DNA of 64,000 nucleotides from Planktothrix sp. GU0601_MAG3 (GTDB lineage Bacteria; Cyanobacteriota; Cyanobacteriia; Cyanobacteriales; Microcoleaceae): NCBI GenBank assembly GCA_035193785.1, contig CP136572.1, positions 1,312,001 to 1,376,000 of the forward strand, read 5' to 3'. Shown piece by piece: positions 32,428 to 43,919 of this stretch (position 1 is its first letter; each line of letters starts with the position of its first letter). The notes under the pieces were generated by a model. It saw only the letters and a program-made list of their open reading frames with translations, ran no database searches and was not told where the DNA came from. The position numbers and the translations under genes were made by a program.

Positions 32428-33588
32428 CTATTTTACTCCGGTTTCTAAGGAGGATGATTCAGCGAGGGCGATCGCATCATCTGGGGATAATTTGTTATTA
32501 ATAATAGCCATAATTCCTGGCAAATATTTATCCATTGTCAAAACATTAATATAAACTAAATTATTCACAAGTCCGGTGGTAAAACGCTCGTGTTCCACAT
32601 CAATACTGGTTTTATAGCGAATTTCACCATCAATATAATTTAGTTCAAAATTCCCTATGGTTGTGCCATAATTAACTTTAGTTAAGAATTGTGCCATAGC
32701 CGATAATTTTTCAGGTGGTGTATTAACTGGACACAGGGAGTAAAATACAAATTGTCGATTTTCTTCTATGGCTACAGCGAAACAAGTCCAACGTCCATGA
32801 TCTCCTTCAAACACCATTTGTAAAATAGATTCTTCCGATATTTCCACAAATTCCCAATCATCTTCGCTAAAAAATTCTCGCATAACTTCGGAAATTGAGC
32901 GAGATTGATCAATTTCCCTATCTTCATCGGGATCAATAGTTTTGAGAAATTTAATAAAATTATTTGTATCTAGGGAAATCTGACCATTTGAGTGTTCATT
33001 CTCCATTTCATTAGTTTCGATTTTATTAAAGGTTTCTTTGAGAAAATTAGATAGGGATTGTAAGATTTCTGAAGCCCCATTTAGGGTGTTAAAGGCTGCA
33101 CTTAATTTGAGATAATCCCAAACCGTTCTATATTGAATAATAGCGGTTTCTTGCTGTTGTTCTACGATTAAACAATACCAATTTTCTGTATAATTTAACT
33201 CTTGATCAGAATCGGTATTAGCAGGAGCCGCGTTGAGATAATCAATAATAGCATCGTTAGTCTGACATTCTGAAAATTGGGGTAATAAATCGGGACGTAA
33301 TTCTATAACGAAATCCAGATTTAAACCCGGTTTGAGTTGTCCTTCTTTGATAGGAATTAAGGCATCTTTTTTTAGGTTAAATAATTGATTTTTGAGAATA
33401 TTTTGATATTGTTCATAACTGATATGAAGTTTTAAACAGCAGCGATCATAGTGATTGTTGTGTTTTTTGTTAAGGGCGATCGCTATGCCTTTAAAAACTA
33501 ATAAATTATCAGAATCCTCCCGAAATATTAACTCTCGATCAATCGGTGAAAATTCTAATGCTGTTTCTGTGTTATTGTTTAACATCAT
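32428..33588 (-). CDS. YbjN-domain protein (T3SS-chaperone-like fold) with an N-terminal extension
   Basis: FFSEDDW...GDHGRW.C...FVFYS.CP...FLTKVNYG...GNFEL...DGEIRYKTSIDV...MDKYLPGI. Confidence 0.85.
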   Translation of the reverse strand: MMLNNNTETALEFSPIDRELIFREDSDNLLVFKGIAIALNKKHNNHYDRCCLKLHISYEQYQNILKNQLFNLKKDALIPIKEGQLKPGLNLDFVIELRPDLLPQFSECQTNDAIIDYLNAAPANTDSDQELNYTENWYCLIVEQQQETAIIQYRTVWDYLKLSAAFNTLNGASEILQSLSNFLKETFNKIETNEMENEHSNGQISLDTNNFIKFLKTIDPDEDREIDQSRSISEVMREFFSEDDWEFVEISEESILQMVFEGDHGRWTCFAVAIEENRQFVFYSLCPVNTPPEKLSAMAQFLTKVNYGTTIGNFELNYIDGEIRYKTSIDVEHERFTTGLVNNLVYINVLTMDKYLPGIMAIINNKLSPDDAIALAESSSLETGVK

Positions 33589-33732
33589 TTAAACTAATTT
33601 TATTACAATAATTTTTATTTAAGCAATTGATTATTTATCCTTCCATTAGTATTACATAATTTTTGTACATATCCTATTCTACTTTAGTCTAAATTAACCT
33701 AGATAAGTCCGGTTTTGGAAAGTCGGAAAAGT

Positions 33733-36700
33733 CTATTTTTTCTTCGGATCAGCCCGAACAGAAATTTCAACGGTTGTAGGATCAACTCGCTTCACTTTAG
33801 TATTAACATCCAGTGGGATTTTTCCTGGCTTATTGCCTTGCTCAGATTGAGATTTAGCAGCTTCTTTTTCGTCTGCCAATTCTTCCTCAGCTTGATTAGA
33901 TTTGGCATCATCTTCTGCTTCTTTTTTGTTCTTTTCAGGATTAGTTTTTGGCTGTTCTTCTTGGGCTTTTGGAGTTTTTTCTGGTTGATCTTCTTTGGTT
34001 TTGCTGTCTTTTTTAGACTTAGATGATTGACTTAACAACCCTCCCAATAAACTACCGCTTCTGGGTTTAGTTTCAGGTTCTTTAGGTGTGAGATTATCTA
34101 AATTTTTAGCGATCGCTGCGTTATTTTCATCCGTCGGTTCTTGCGGACGGCCTTTGACCTGAATATCGTAGCTGATGCTATTACCAATAGTGGCAGAAAC
34201 CCACAACTTTCAGCAAATCTAAATCAAAATCAACACAGAGTTTATCCAGTTTCTTCTGAACAATATCAGGGTCAGGATATTGATTAACAATTTGTTGAAT
34301 TAAAGTGACCATATCATCAACAATATCATCAGGTAAGGCTAAATTATTAGCAACGGATGAACCTTTTTTCTTACGTTTATCTTTTTGCTGATCTTGCTCT
34401 TGCTCTTGCTCTTGCTGTTTTGTAATCATCACTCGCATTGTCAGTTTATTACCCTGAATACTTTGAGTGATATTTGCCTGTTCTTTTTGTTTACCACCGC
34501 CACCACCTCTAAAGCCTGTGCCAAGACCTGATACTAACATACTGCCTCCCATCAGAAGTCCCGCACCTACAAGTACCTTCGTTTGACCGCTTTTATCAGA
34601 TTTTTTGGGAGTTTCATTAGTATCTAAATTCTCTGAACTGTCTTCTGCTTCTCTCTGAACGAAGTAAGGCATCTGTTCACTGACTCGCTGCACCGTGCGA
34701 GACAACAGGGGAGATTCGCCGGACTGTTGGACAACGTGGGTAAGTTCGTGGGCGAGGAGCCTTTTACCACTGGGACTTTCGGGTTCATAATTACCTTGGC
34801 GGAAGAAAACATCAGATCCGGTGGTAAAGGCGCGGGCGTCGAGGGAGCGACTGAGGCGATCGCCCTCCGTATCATCATGCACCCGTACCTGAGCAAAGTC
34901 AAAACCAAAGGCATTTTCCATCGGTTCCCGCACGGTGGTAGGTAGGGGTTGACCTTGACCGAGGGAACGCTGAATGGCGGTTTCTACCCCGGAATGGGCA
35001 TCAAGCAGTTGATCAGTTTCCAGCAGCTTGACGCTGGGCTTTTGTTGATTGAGCATCATCGGGAATAACCCCAGTAATCACATATTTACTACCATCGGGT
35101 TTAAGGGTATTTAGACTTAAGGTTTTGAGTTTATATTGAGATTTCAGAGCCGGAAGTTGACTTTTAACTGCTTTTGCTTTGGGTTTTTTCTGAATAATTG
35201 ATTTGAGTTTCTGAGCAACTTTAGGCAAAATCTTATTTTTAGCCATTAATTTTGCCGTTAATGTCAAACTAGCTTTATTCTTATTTCCTGTAATTTTCTG
35301 TTTGACCACCAGTTGATTTTTCTTATCTTTCCAAGGAGATTCAGCCGACCGTTGCACTTTAGTCGCTTCCACTTGACCGACAATTTGATATTTATTTTTA
35401 CCTTTTTTAGTCAACTTCAACTGTTTGAGTTTATGTTTAGATTGAATTCCTGATAATTTTTGACCCACGGCGTCAGGATCTCGAAGATTTCTCGCCAGAT
35501 TTTGAGTTTGATTACCCGCTCCTTTAATTTGTTTCTGAGCATCATTCTGAGGTTGTTTTTTATCTTTATTTTTCTTGTCTTTACCTTTAGCCGTTGTACC
35601 TGTACCTTTACCTTTGCGGGCTGTTTTTCCTTTCTTGCTTTTCCCGCCACCAAAGAAAGCCGCTGCTCCTCCAAATATTCCCCCGATGGTTTTATCCACA
35701 GGTGCTTTTAATGTCGTCACAATTTTCTTAATTTTACTAGGAATTCCCCCAACACCAATTAGGGACGCTAAGAATCCTAATAAAACAGGAATCATTTTAG
35801 CCAAAGCCTGTTCAATCATCATCGCCATCACCGCCGGAGCCCCGTCACAAATGGCTTTTAAAGTATCTAAAATTGCTTGCACAAAGAGTTTTATATCTTC
35901 CCGTTTTTCCACAAAAAAGCAAATCACATCAAAAATCACTTTAGCAATTCTAGCAATTCCTGACGCGGGATTCATCATCCCAATCAGCCAACTAATCCCC
36001 CCCTTGACAATTTCCACAATTGCCATTTCCATCAAACCTTTAAGAAAGATTTTTTTCATGTCATCCAAGGAGGATTTGATGAACTCCCAAACCCCTGATA
36101 TACCATCTTTAATTAAGGTACTAAAGAAGGTAAAAATAAATTTTACGCCCGGTTGCAGACCGGAAATAAAGTCAAGGGCATCTTCTCCTAAAGACCCGAT
36201 TAAATCCTTAGCAAATCCCAGAACACCGCTAATGCCACCAGTAACGCTTCCTAAGATGTTTCTGTACAGAATCTGGGAAAGTTTCTACGGCTTCCACCCC
36301 TTCGTTGATTAAGGTCATAATCACATCGGGGCCAGCTTCTACGACCAATTTAACTAAGTCCCAAAGATAGTTGAGACTATCCAGGCCTTGTTTGAGAACA
36401 ACATCGAGAATAAACTGAATTAATTTCGTGGCTGGCCCACCTAAAATACCCTCAACAATGCCAAAAACGTATTCTTTTGTTAAACCTAAAACCTGTAAAA
36501 TAATATCTAAGAATCCTTTTAAATCAAATTTTTCAGGAAGTTTTAAGTCCCCTAAATTTCCAAATAACCAAGTAATTAACCCATTGAGTAAATGTTTAGC
36601 AATATTATTGGCAAAATTCTTAATCCCATCTCCAATCCCTTGAAAGAGATTCTTCATAAATTGCACCGGATCATCGATCAGGGAATCAATTACATCTTCG

Positions 36701-39700
36701 GCTATATCTCCAATAAAAACACTTAACATTTTCTTAATCGGCCAGAGGAGAATTTTAATAATATTCTTAGCTAAATCCGCAATAAATTTTAAAGCCTTAC
36801 TAATTAAGCTGGCATTTTCGGCTTTTAACTGTTCAATGCGTTTATCAAGTTCTTTTAAACTAGATTGATATTTTTTAGTTAAATCTTCTAGGAGTTGATT
36901 TTGTTTATCGCTAATACTCTGTTCTAATTGATCAAATTTAGTTTGGACATCCGCCGCCGATTGCGCCCCAATTTCTTGCAGGTCTTTTGGTAAAGATTTA
37001 ACATAGGCATTAACTTTTTCTCGCCCTTGGTTAACTTCTGTTTGGGCTGCGGTTAATCCTTTTTCAACAATCCCACCAATATTAGAAATACTTTTTTTAA
37101 CTTCTTCAATATATAGTTTTTTGCCCTCTTCATAAAAAACATTGACTTCATCGGGTAAGCCCGCAAACTTATCTCTAATCCAGGTAATAAAATCAAAAAT
37201 GCGAAGTTCTCCAACTTTCACCATTCTGATCCCAAACCAGTAAGGCTTAGGTAATTTAATCGGAAATACTAAGGTATAGCGTTTATCTTTATACTCAGCC
37301 ATTCTCCTTTTAACATGACCTTCAAAAGCATTTTTAGCCGCACTAATCCCGCGATTAAACTCAGTATTAACATCACTATCCATTTTTCCCAAAATACCCT
37401 TAACACTCCCCTGAGTTTTGTCAAAAATACTTTGGATATTGGTATTAATTTCAGTCCGTTTAATTTCGTCCTGAGTCTTGGTTGCCTCTTGGGAATCCCC
37501 GGTCTGCTCCATCGACTCTGTACGAGTTGCATACATATCCTGATTGGACTGTTTCGCCGATGCCTGGGCGTCAGTTTTGGCTGTGGTCAGGGTTTCCTGT
37601 TCCCCTTGACGGAATTTTTGGGGGCCTTCTGTAGTGCCATGGGTCTTGGCTTCTTTTAAGGCATCTAAGGCCTGTCCCCCGCCCTCTTCCTTCCAGGTTT
37701 CTAAACGATCTACATTCAGGGGAACTTCTGAATCCGGTTGGGCAACGGACTGGGGTTTAACTTCTTCTTTGCGTTGAATCAGGAATTCTGGAAGCAGTTG
37801 AATGGTTTCCGAGAGGGAGAGTTGAATTGATGATTCCTCCGGTTCTAATTGTAGAGATTGGGGTTCGGGCGTCGCCATCACTTGTTCGGCCATTTGATCG
37901 GCTTGAACTTCATTAGGATCACTGCTAGAGCCGACTATTGACTTCGCCTGAATCTCACCAAACGTACTCTCTAAATTCTCGGTTGTTTTTGCTAAAGGGG
38001 CTTCGATTTCCTGTTCGGTTTTTTCCTTGGGAACCGCTTTCTCCGCTTCAATTTCTGGTGGTACAGCCCCGACAACTTCCTGAGTCGGTTTCAGTTCTTC
38101 AACATTTTTAGGTTGTTCGGCAGCGGGTTCAGGGGGGGCTTTGCTTTCCTCTGGTAAACCCCCTCCTGAATCTTTTTTAGCTCCCTTAACTTCGGTATTT
38201 AAAGCATTTTTAATATCATCGGTTTTGCCGCTACTAGCAAAATTATCGGCTTGATCCGCGTTTTTGGGTTTAACTAACTGTAATTTTTCTAATAAACTAT
38301 CTTCAAAAATCTTGCGGTCAAAGGGTTTCGGTTTTTTAGCATTCAGATCGTCCATTTTTGTCGCTTGGGCTTCCCGCATTTGTTGGTCGGGATCTTTGGC
38401 GGCGGTTTGGGCTTCCTCGGCGGCGGATTTGGGTGACTGGTGACTGGACTGCTGATCGGCTTGTTGTTTGGACTGTTTAATCACCCCCTGAAAAGCGGGG
38501 TCTGCTTCTGGGGTCACGGGTGCTTGATCACCTCTGACTTCGGGGACGGCGATCGGTGAATTGTCGGCGGTTTTCGCCTCCCCTTCCGGGATGGGTGGGA
38601 TGGCTTGGGGCTGATCCGTTTGCTCTGGCTGAGAATTTCCCCCAGCCCCGGGTTTCGACTTTAAGCGGAAGCGGCACACTCTCTTTCGGGGGAGTTTGAC
38701 CGCTTGCATCTTGTTTGCCTTTTTCGTCGGCTTTATCTTTAACTTTTGTCTCAGCTTCTTGACCTTCTTGTTTAGCCTGAGATTCTATTTTTTCTCCGGT
38801 TTCTTTCTCTAATTTTCCTAAATTCTCCCCACTTTCACCGGATTTAACTTTATCTTTAACGGTATCTGTATCTTCCTTAACTTTAGCGGTTTGAGTTTCA
38901 ACTTTTTTCAAGGATTCTGCCGCTAAATATTTTTTCATTTCAGCGCCTTTATCCTCTTTATCTTGCCCCTCTTTATCTAATTCTTTCTTAGCTTCTTCTT
39001 TTTCTTTTTCAACGTTCTTTTTCCGTTCCTCTGATTTGGCTTCGGCTGTTTCTTTTGTATCTCCTTTCGTAACTGAGGATTCCTCTGTTTTGGTTTCGGT
39101 TTTGGCTTCAGTTTTTGTATCGGCTGTTCCCTCTTTTTTTGCTTCTGCTTTAGGGGTAGTTGATTCCGACTTATTTTTATCTGCTTTTTGTAGAGATTTT
39201 TCAGGTAAGGTTTTTAAGCCGGAGATATTCAAGGGCGGATTTTTTTTAACTCTATTTTTAACTGGAGAAGGTTGGATTTGACGCTGAATTTGGGATTTTT
39301 TTTGAATTTTCCGACTCAGGGATTTGGGTTTAATTTTAGGGCCCGTTTGTTGAATTGTGTGGGTGAGTTCATGGGCGAGAAGTTTCTTCCCTTCGTCGGT
39401 ATGGGGTGAATATTTACCCGAATTAAAATAGACATCTTGCTCATGGGTAAACGCTTGAGCACCGAGATCTTTACTGAGTTGAACTGCATCGGAACCCGTA
39501 TGAACTTTGATCCCACTAAAGTCATTCCCAAACCTTTCTTCCATGAAACCACGGGTTTCATCGGGTAGGGGGTTCCCACCTCCTTTGCTACTTTTAACAC
39601 GAGTTTCAATATCCTCGCTGGCCGCAAATCCGCCGTTTCCTTGGCGGGAGATCAAGGTGGACTGTTTTAGGGTTTGGCTAATCCCTGATGGAATATGGTT

Positions 39701-40424
39701 ATCTATGGCTTTGAGGTGAACGACCCCTTCTATTTCCTTTTGTTGAAGAATTCCGCTTAACCGTTTCAGGTGAAGGGTTGCTTCTTGTTCATATCGCTGA
39801 ATCGTTTGAGCTAGGGGTTTGAGGTGAACGGTTCCATCTTCTTCGGTGACGCTTTGGATGCTTTCTGTTAAGGGTTTGAGGTGAATAGTTCCCTCTTCCT
39901 CCGGTGGAGCTTGGGTTGTGTCCGTTGTCGGTTTCAGGTGAACGGTTCCCTCCTCCCCCCGCTCCCCCTGCTCCTCCACTCCCCCTGCTCCCCTACTCCC
40001 CTGCTCCCCCCGCTCCCCCTGCTCCTCCACTCCCCCTGCTCCCCTACTCCCCTGCTCCTCCTGCTTCTGCACCGGAAACCGTCATCGCTACGACTTTATC
40101 CGCCATCGCATCGGCTTCTTTTTCGTATTTATCCCCCGGAGCACCGACGACTAATTTAGTTTGGGGAGTGGCGGGAATATATTCACTAATTGAAATTTGA
40201 CCAAAATTATAGCCGGAATTAAGATTCTGATTCCGTTGTATTTCAGGTGGAGGGGGAGCCGCCGCCCCGGCTAATTTTTGTTCACTGGTACTGTCATCTT
40301 CTTTTAAAGCCAGTTGTTCATCCGCAAAGGGTCGCACACTGGTTAATCCAATTGTTGGTGACAGTTGGGGAATAGGAGTCGGCGTACTTTTTTTTACGGG
40401 TGTAACAACAGCTTTGGTATTCAT
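33733..40424 (-). CDS. Giant (~2,230 aa) eCIS protein with two DUF4157 domains and a central hydrophobic helical region; five apparent +1 errors (40075, 38652, 36258, 35016, 34196)
   Basis: Six track ORFs join in frame after correcting each GAAAC/GTTTC; two copies of G.PLP...R..ME..FG.DF..V.VH...A.AFT...LLAHELTH..QQ. Confidence 0.8.
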
Positions 40425-43400
40425 GGTTGTTCCTCTTCTTTTTGTTCTGTATTCAGATTGTTTTCTGTTTCCTGATTTATGTTCTCCTCTTCAGTTTCTA
40501 AACTAGCCGAGTTGTTAGCATTTTCTGTGGATAGGGGTTGTTCTTCTGGTATTTTTGATGGGCGCTCGGCAAACAGCTTTTGTTCAACTTCTTTACTGGC
40601 TTTACCCACTAATTCTTTGGATGTTATTAGACCAGCTTGCACATTTTGTTCGGCTCGCCGTAACCGTTGTAACCAATTGGAGTCTTTGACTTCGAGTACG
40701 TTTTTTGTTGTATCTTTCCCAATTAGATGTTTTTCGGTTTTGGTGCCGGTTTTAGTATAGTCAACAACTCGGCCTCCAAATTCGCCACCGATTCTTCCGC
40801 CTTTACTGGTACCTGTAGAAGAAAACTCAGCAGGAGCCCCCCTCTGATCATGATACATACCAAAAACATCTGTGTGAGCCATTCTTGATGTTTCTGCCCC
40901 TATGAGTACGCTACCAGGTAGTGTTAAGCTTGGGGGTCTATAGTAGATATAAATATGGCCATGTCTGCCATCGGGTAGAATGGCATCACCTGCTAGATCT
41001 TCATTCCCCAATCCGCCCAGTGGTATATCCATACCATAGTGTTTGATAGTGCTTTTCAAGCCTGTCTTACCCTTGATATCAAATGTATTACTTTTTTCCT
41101 CTTCTAATGAACTTTCAGTTACTTTGACATTATGACTAGAAGCGATTCTAGTATCTACTTTAGCTTTATAATGGTCGCTCTTGTTATTTGGATTTTTTAT
41201 CTTATCGTATGATTGAGGTTTTCTAGTTAGGTCTGATTCAGGTGAAGCCCCAAAAAGCCATTGAATAAACTCATTTTCGTTTTCATTTTGTTTAATGGGT
41301 GGTAAGTTAATCATGACACGCCCTCCGTGAGAGAGAGCAACTGCAACTGATTCATCCCAATCCTTAAAAATGTTTTGTTTTTGATCATCTCTATATTTCA
41401 AACCATCATGAAGAATGATAAAAATTCGTCGCAGAATACTATTAGCTGACTCGGTTTGCTCTTTGTATTTTTCTAAACTTTTATCTTCACTGTTTGTCTT
41501 ATTTTCAAGTGTTTGCTCCCACATTTTCGTATCTTTTTCATAAATATTCTTTTTGTGTTCTTGACTACCTTTCTTCAACTGGTTGGCTTCATAACGTAAA
41601 TACCCTGGAGTTTGGCGGAATTTTTCATTCTTAATACCCAGATCTCTTTGATATGTAGCAATTTGAAGACGCTTAATAGGACTCAACACGGCCTCACCAC
41701 GGACATCAGGTACAATTTCACCAAGCCCTCGCCGAAAATCATGTTCTTCGACTCTCTCCCAATCACCAAAGACTTTTTTGTCTACGGCTATCTCTGCTAC
41801 TTCTTCCTGGGTGAGCATACCATTTTGAGATAAAAAGGTTTTCCCATTTGGTATTGCGCTTAATTCTTCTATAGCCTTAACTGCTTCATCTGTCAAAAAA
41901 TCTTTCCCTAAATCTATTTGTTTAGCCAAGGTCATTTCCTCAGTTTTAGTATCACCATGCTTATCTTTAAAGTTACGTTTCTCAACCTTTAGTAAGTCTT
42001 TGACAATTTCTGTGGAGCGTTTTTTTGTCCCATCTTTTTTATCATTTTCAGTTTTTACATCACTCTCTTTGACCCGTTTTTCCTGGGGAATATAAGTCCC
42101 ATATAGTTGCAATCGGGTTGCTCGAATATATTGAGGAGGATTGCTTCCTTTAATTCGATACCACTTATTATTGCCCGTAGCTTCTATTTTATGTTCTTTT
42201 GGATCATCACTAATTTCAATTTCTTGACCGGATTTATATTTTATCCCCTCATTTTTAAGACTTTCATCTCTAGCATGAGCGTTGTCTTTGACAATATATT
42301 TCTTCATTTGCAGCATAACTGAATTAGCACCTGTAGAATGTGTTACAGATTCCCTTTTAGCTTGAACCGGACTCGCCCCCTGCTGCACAACATGAGTTAA
42401 TTCATGGGCAATTAATTCCTGTCCACTGCGACTTCCTGGATTATATTCTCCCTGTTTAAAAAACAAATTCGGCCCCGTTGCAAAAGCACGAGAACTCAGG
42501 GAACGATTTAATTTATCTGATTGACTATCAGTATGTACTTTTACCCCACTAAAATCAGCCCCCATTGCTTTTCCCATCTTGCTTTGCAGTCCGGCATCTA
42601 GGGGACTTCCACCACTTTTAGCACTTTGAATTGTTGTTTCTATATCTGTTGAAACTGCACCCCCACCGAGGGCTTTATTTTGGGGTTTAGCTTGAAGTTC
42701 TTCCTCTTCTTCCCCTTCTCTTTGAATGGCAGAAATATCAGATTTAGCTTGAAGTTCTTCCTCTTCTTCTCCTTCTCTTTGAATCGCAGAACTATCAGAT
42801 TTAGCCTGAAGTTCTTCCTCTTCTTCCCCTTCTCTTTGAATCGCAGAACTATCAGATTTAGCTTGAAGTTCTTCCTCTTCTTCCCCCTCTCTTTGAATGG
42901 CAGAACTATCAGATTTAGCCTGAAGTTCTTCCTCTTTTTCCCCTTCTCTTTGAATGGCAGAACTATCAGCTTTAGCTTGAACTTCTTCCTCTTCTTCCCC
43001 TTCTCTTTGAATAGCAGAACTATCAGCTTTAGCTTGAACTTCTTCCTCTTCTTCCCCTTCTCTTTGAATAGCAGAACTATCAGCTTTAGCTTGAACTTCT
43101 TCCTCTTCTTCTCCCTCTCGTTGAAGGTCAGAAATATCAGCTTTAGCTTGAATTTCTTCCTCTTCCTGACGTTGTACTCCTTTAGAAGATGTGGCTTTTT
43201 CTGTAGTAGGAGTATTAATTTGTTTGACCACTTTTTCCGCTACATGATCCGCTTCCTGTTCATATTTGTCCCCAGCTTGGCCAACGGTTAATTTTTTTTG
43301 TAGGGATAAATTAAATTTAGGTTGTACTCTGGCTGCTGACCCCTCTGTCTTTCCTGAAATCGGGATTTCAGCAAAATTAAAGCCCTGTTTTTTCTGTATT

Positions 43401-43552
43401 TGCTGATGGTTTATTTCTTCGGTTTGGGGTCTCTGTGGGGCTGCGAGGGTGTTGTCCATTGGGCGAATATCTGTCAGGGATTTCGCTTGAATGGCTGTTT
43501 GATTGGCGGGTTCTTCTTGATGGCGATTCTGTTTTTTTAGTTGTATTTTCAT
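40421..43552 (-). CDS. DUF4157 cargo protein with 19-aa acidic repeats and a C-terminal Ntox11-like toxin domain
   Basis: LIAHELTHVVQQ; C-terminal SHGGR, RIASSH, HYG, HGH, GAE and GMYH motifs; stop overlaps the next gene's start (ATGA). Confidence 0.8.
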   Translation of the reverse strand: MKIQLKKQNRHQEEPANQTAIQAKSLTDIRPMDNTLAAPQRPQTEEINHQQIQKKQGFNFAEIPISGKTEGSAARVQPKFNLSLQKKLTVGQAGDKYEQEADHVAEKVVKQINTPTTEKATSSKGVQRQEEEEIQAKADISDLQREGEEEEEVQAKADSSAIQREGEEEEEVQAKADSSAIQREGEEEEEVQAKADSSAIQREGEKEEELQAKSDSSAIQREGEEEEELQAKSDSSAIQREGEEEEELQAKSDSSAIQREGEEEEELQAKSDISAIQREGEEEEELQAKPQNKALGGGAVSTDIETTIQSAKSGGSPLDAGLQSKMGKAMGADFSGVKVHTDSQSDKLNRSLSSRAFATGPNLFFKQGEYNPGSRSGQELIAHELTHVVQQGASPVQAKRESVTHSTGANSVMLQMKKYIVKDNAHARDESLKNEGIKYKSGQEIEISDDPKEHKIEATGNNKWYRIKGSNPPQYIRATRLQLYGTYIPQEKRVKESDVKTENDKKDGTKKRSTEIVKDLLKVEKRNFKDKHGDTKTEEMTLAKQIDLGKDFLTDEAVKAIEELSAIPNGKTFLSQNGMLTQEEVAEIAVDKKVFGDWERVEEHDFRRGLGEIVPDVRGEAVLSPIKRLQIATYQRDLGIKNEKFRQTPGYLRYEANQLKKGSQEHKKNIYEKDTKMWEQTLENKTNSEDKSLEKYKEQTESANSILRRIFIILHDGLKYRDDQKQNIFKDWDESVAVALSHGGRVMINLPPIKQNENENEFIQWLFGASPESDLTRKPQSYDKIKNPNNKSDHYKAKVDTRIASSHNVKVTESSLEEEKSNTFDIKGKTGLKSTIKHYGMDIPLGGLGNEDLAGDAILPDGRHGHIYIYYRPPSLTLPGSVLIGAETSRMAHTDVFGMYHDQRGAPAEFSSTGTSKGGRIGGEFGGRVVDYTKTGTKTEKHLIGKDTTKNVLEVKDSNWLQRLRRAEQNVQAGLITSKELVGKASKEVEQKLFAERPSKIPEEQPLSTENANNSASLETEEENINQETENNLNTEQKEEEQP
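42680..43175 (-). repeat. 57-bp coding tandem repeat (QREGEEEEEVQAKADSSAI), about 9 units
   Basis: Direct reading; period 57 nt. Confidence 0.92.
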
Positions 43553-43757
43553 TATCAGACCCCATTACTTGCAGCTTAATATATTGACCAAGGCAGGTTG
43601 CATATTTATTAATTCTATCAAATAAGTTGATAACTAAATCTATACCTAAGTCTAATTTTAGTTTTACAAGCAGAAAAAATTTAGGGGAGTTGATGCGATC
43701 GCGACTATCATTTTTAACTAAGTAGGTATGCAGGAATAAACCTTACCACCTACTTAC

Positions 43758-43919
43758 CTAATAGGACTGGGAATCAACTAAATAGGCGATTTCCTGAACC
43801 CAACGTTGTCGTTCTCGGTGGTCTAAATTCAGAATCTCCTCCCGTGACCAATGAAAGTGGAATGCAATAAAGGCTACCTCCCGATATAACTCCTCTTGGG
43901 GGTAGCCTACAACTCCCCC
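43758..43919 (-). CDS. DUF6760-like tail-chaperone C-terminal extension, no start codon, in the -1 frame of the upstream gene
   Basis: Manual translation GGVVGYPQEELYREVAFIAFHFHWSREEILNLDHRERQRWVQEIAYLVDSQSY*. Confidence 0.78.
   Translation of the reverse strand, partial: GGVVGYPQEELYREVAFIAFHFHWSREEILNLDHRERQRWVQEIAYLVDSQSY

Noticed and set aside
35575..36312. 245-aa plus-strand ORF and similar long antisense ORFs (42680-43291, 47994-48299, 59200-59520, 1262-1621)
   Set aside because: Mirror frames of real genes on the opposite strand, with no family motifs
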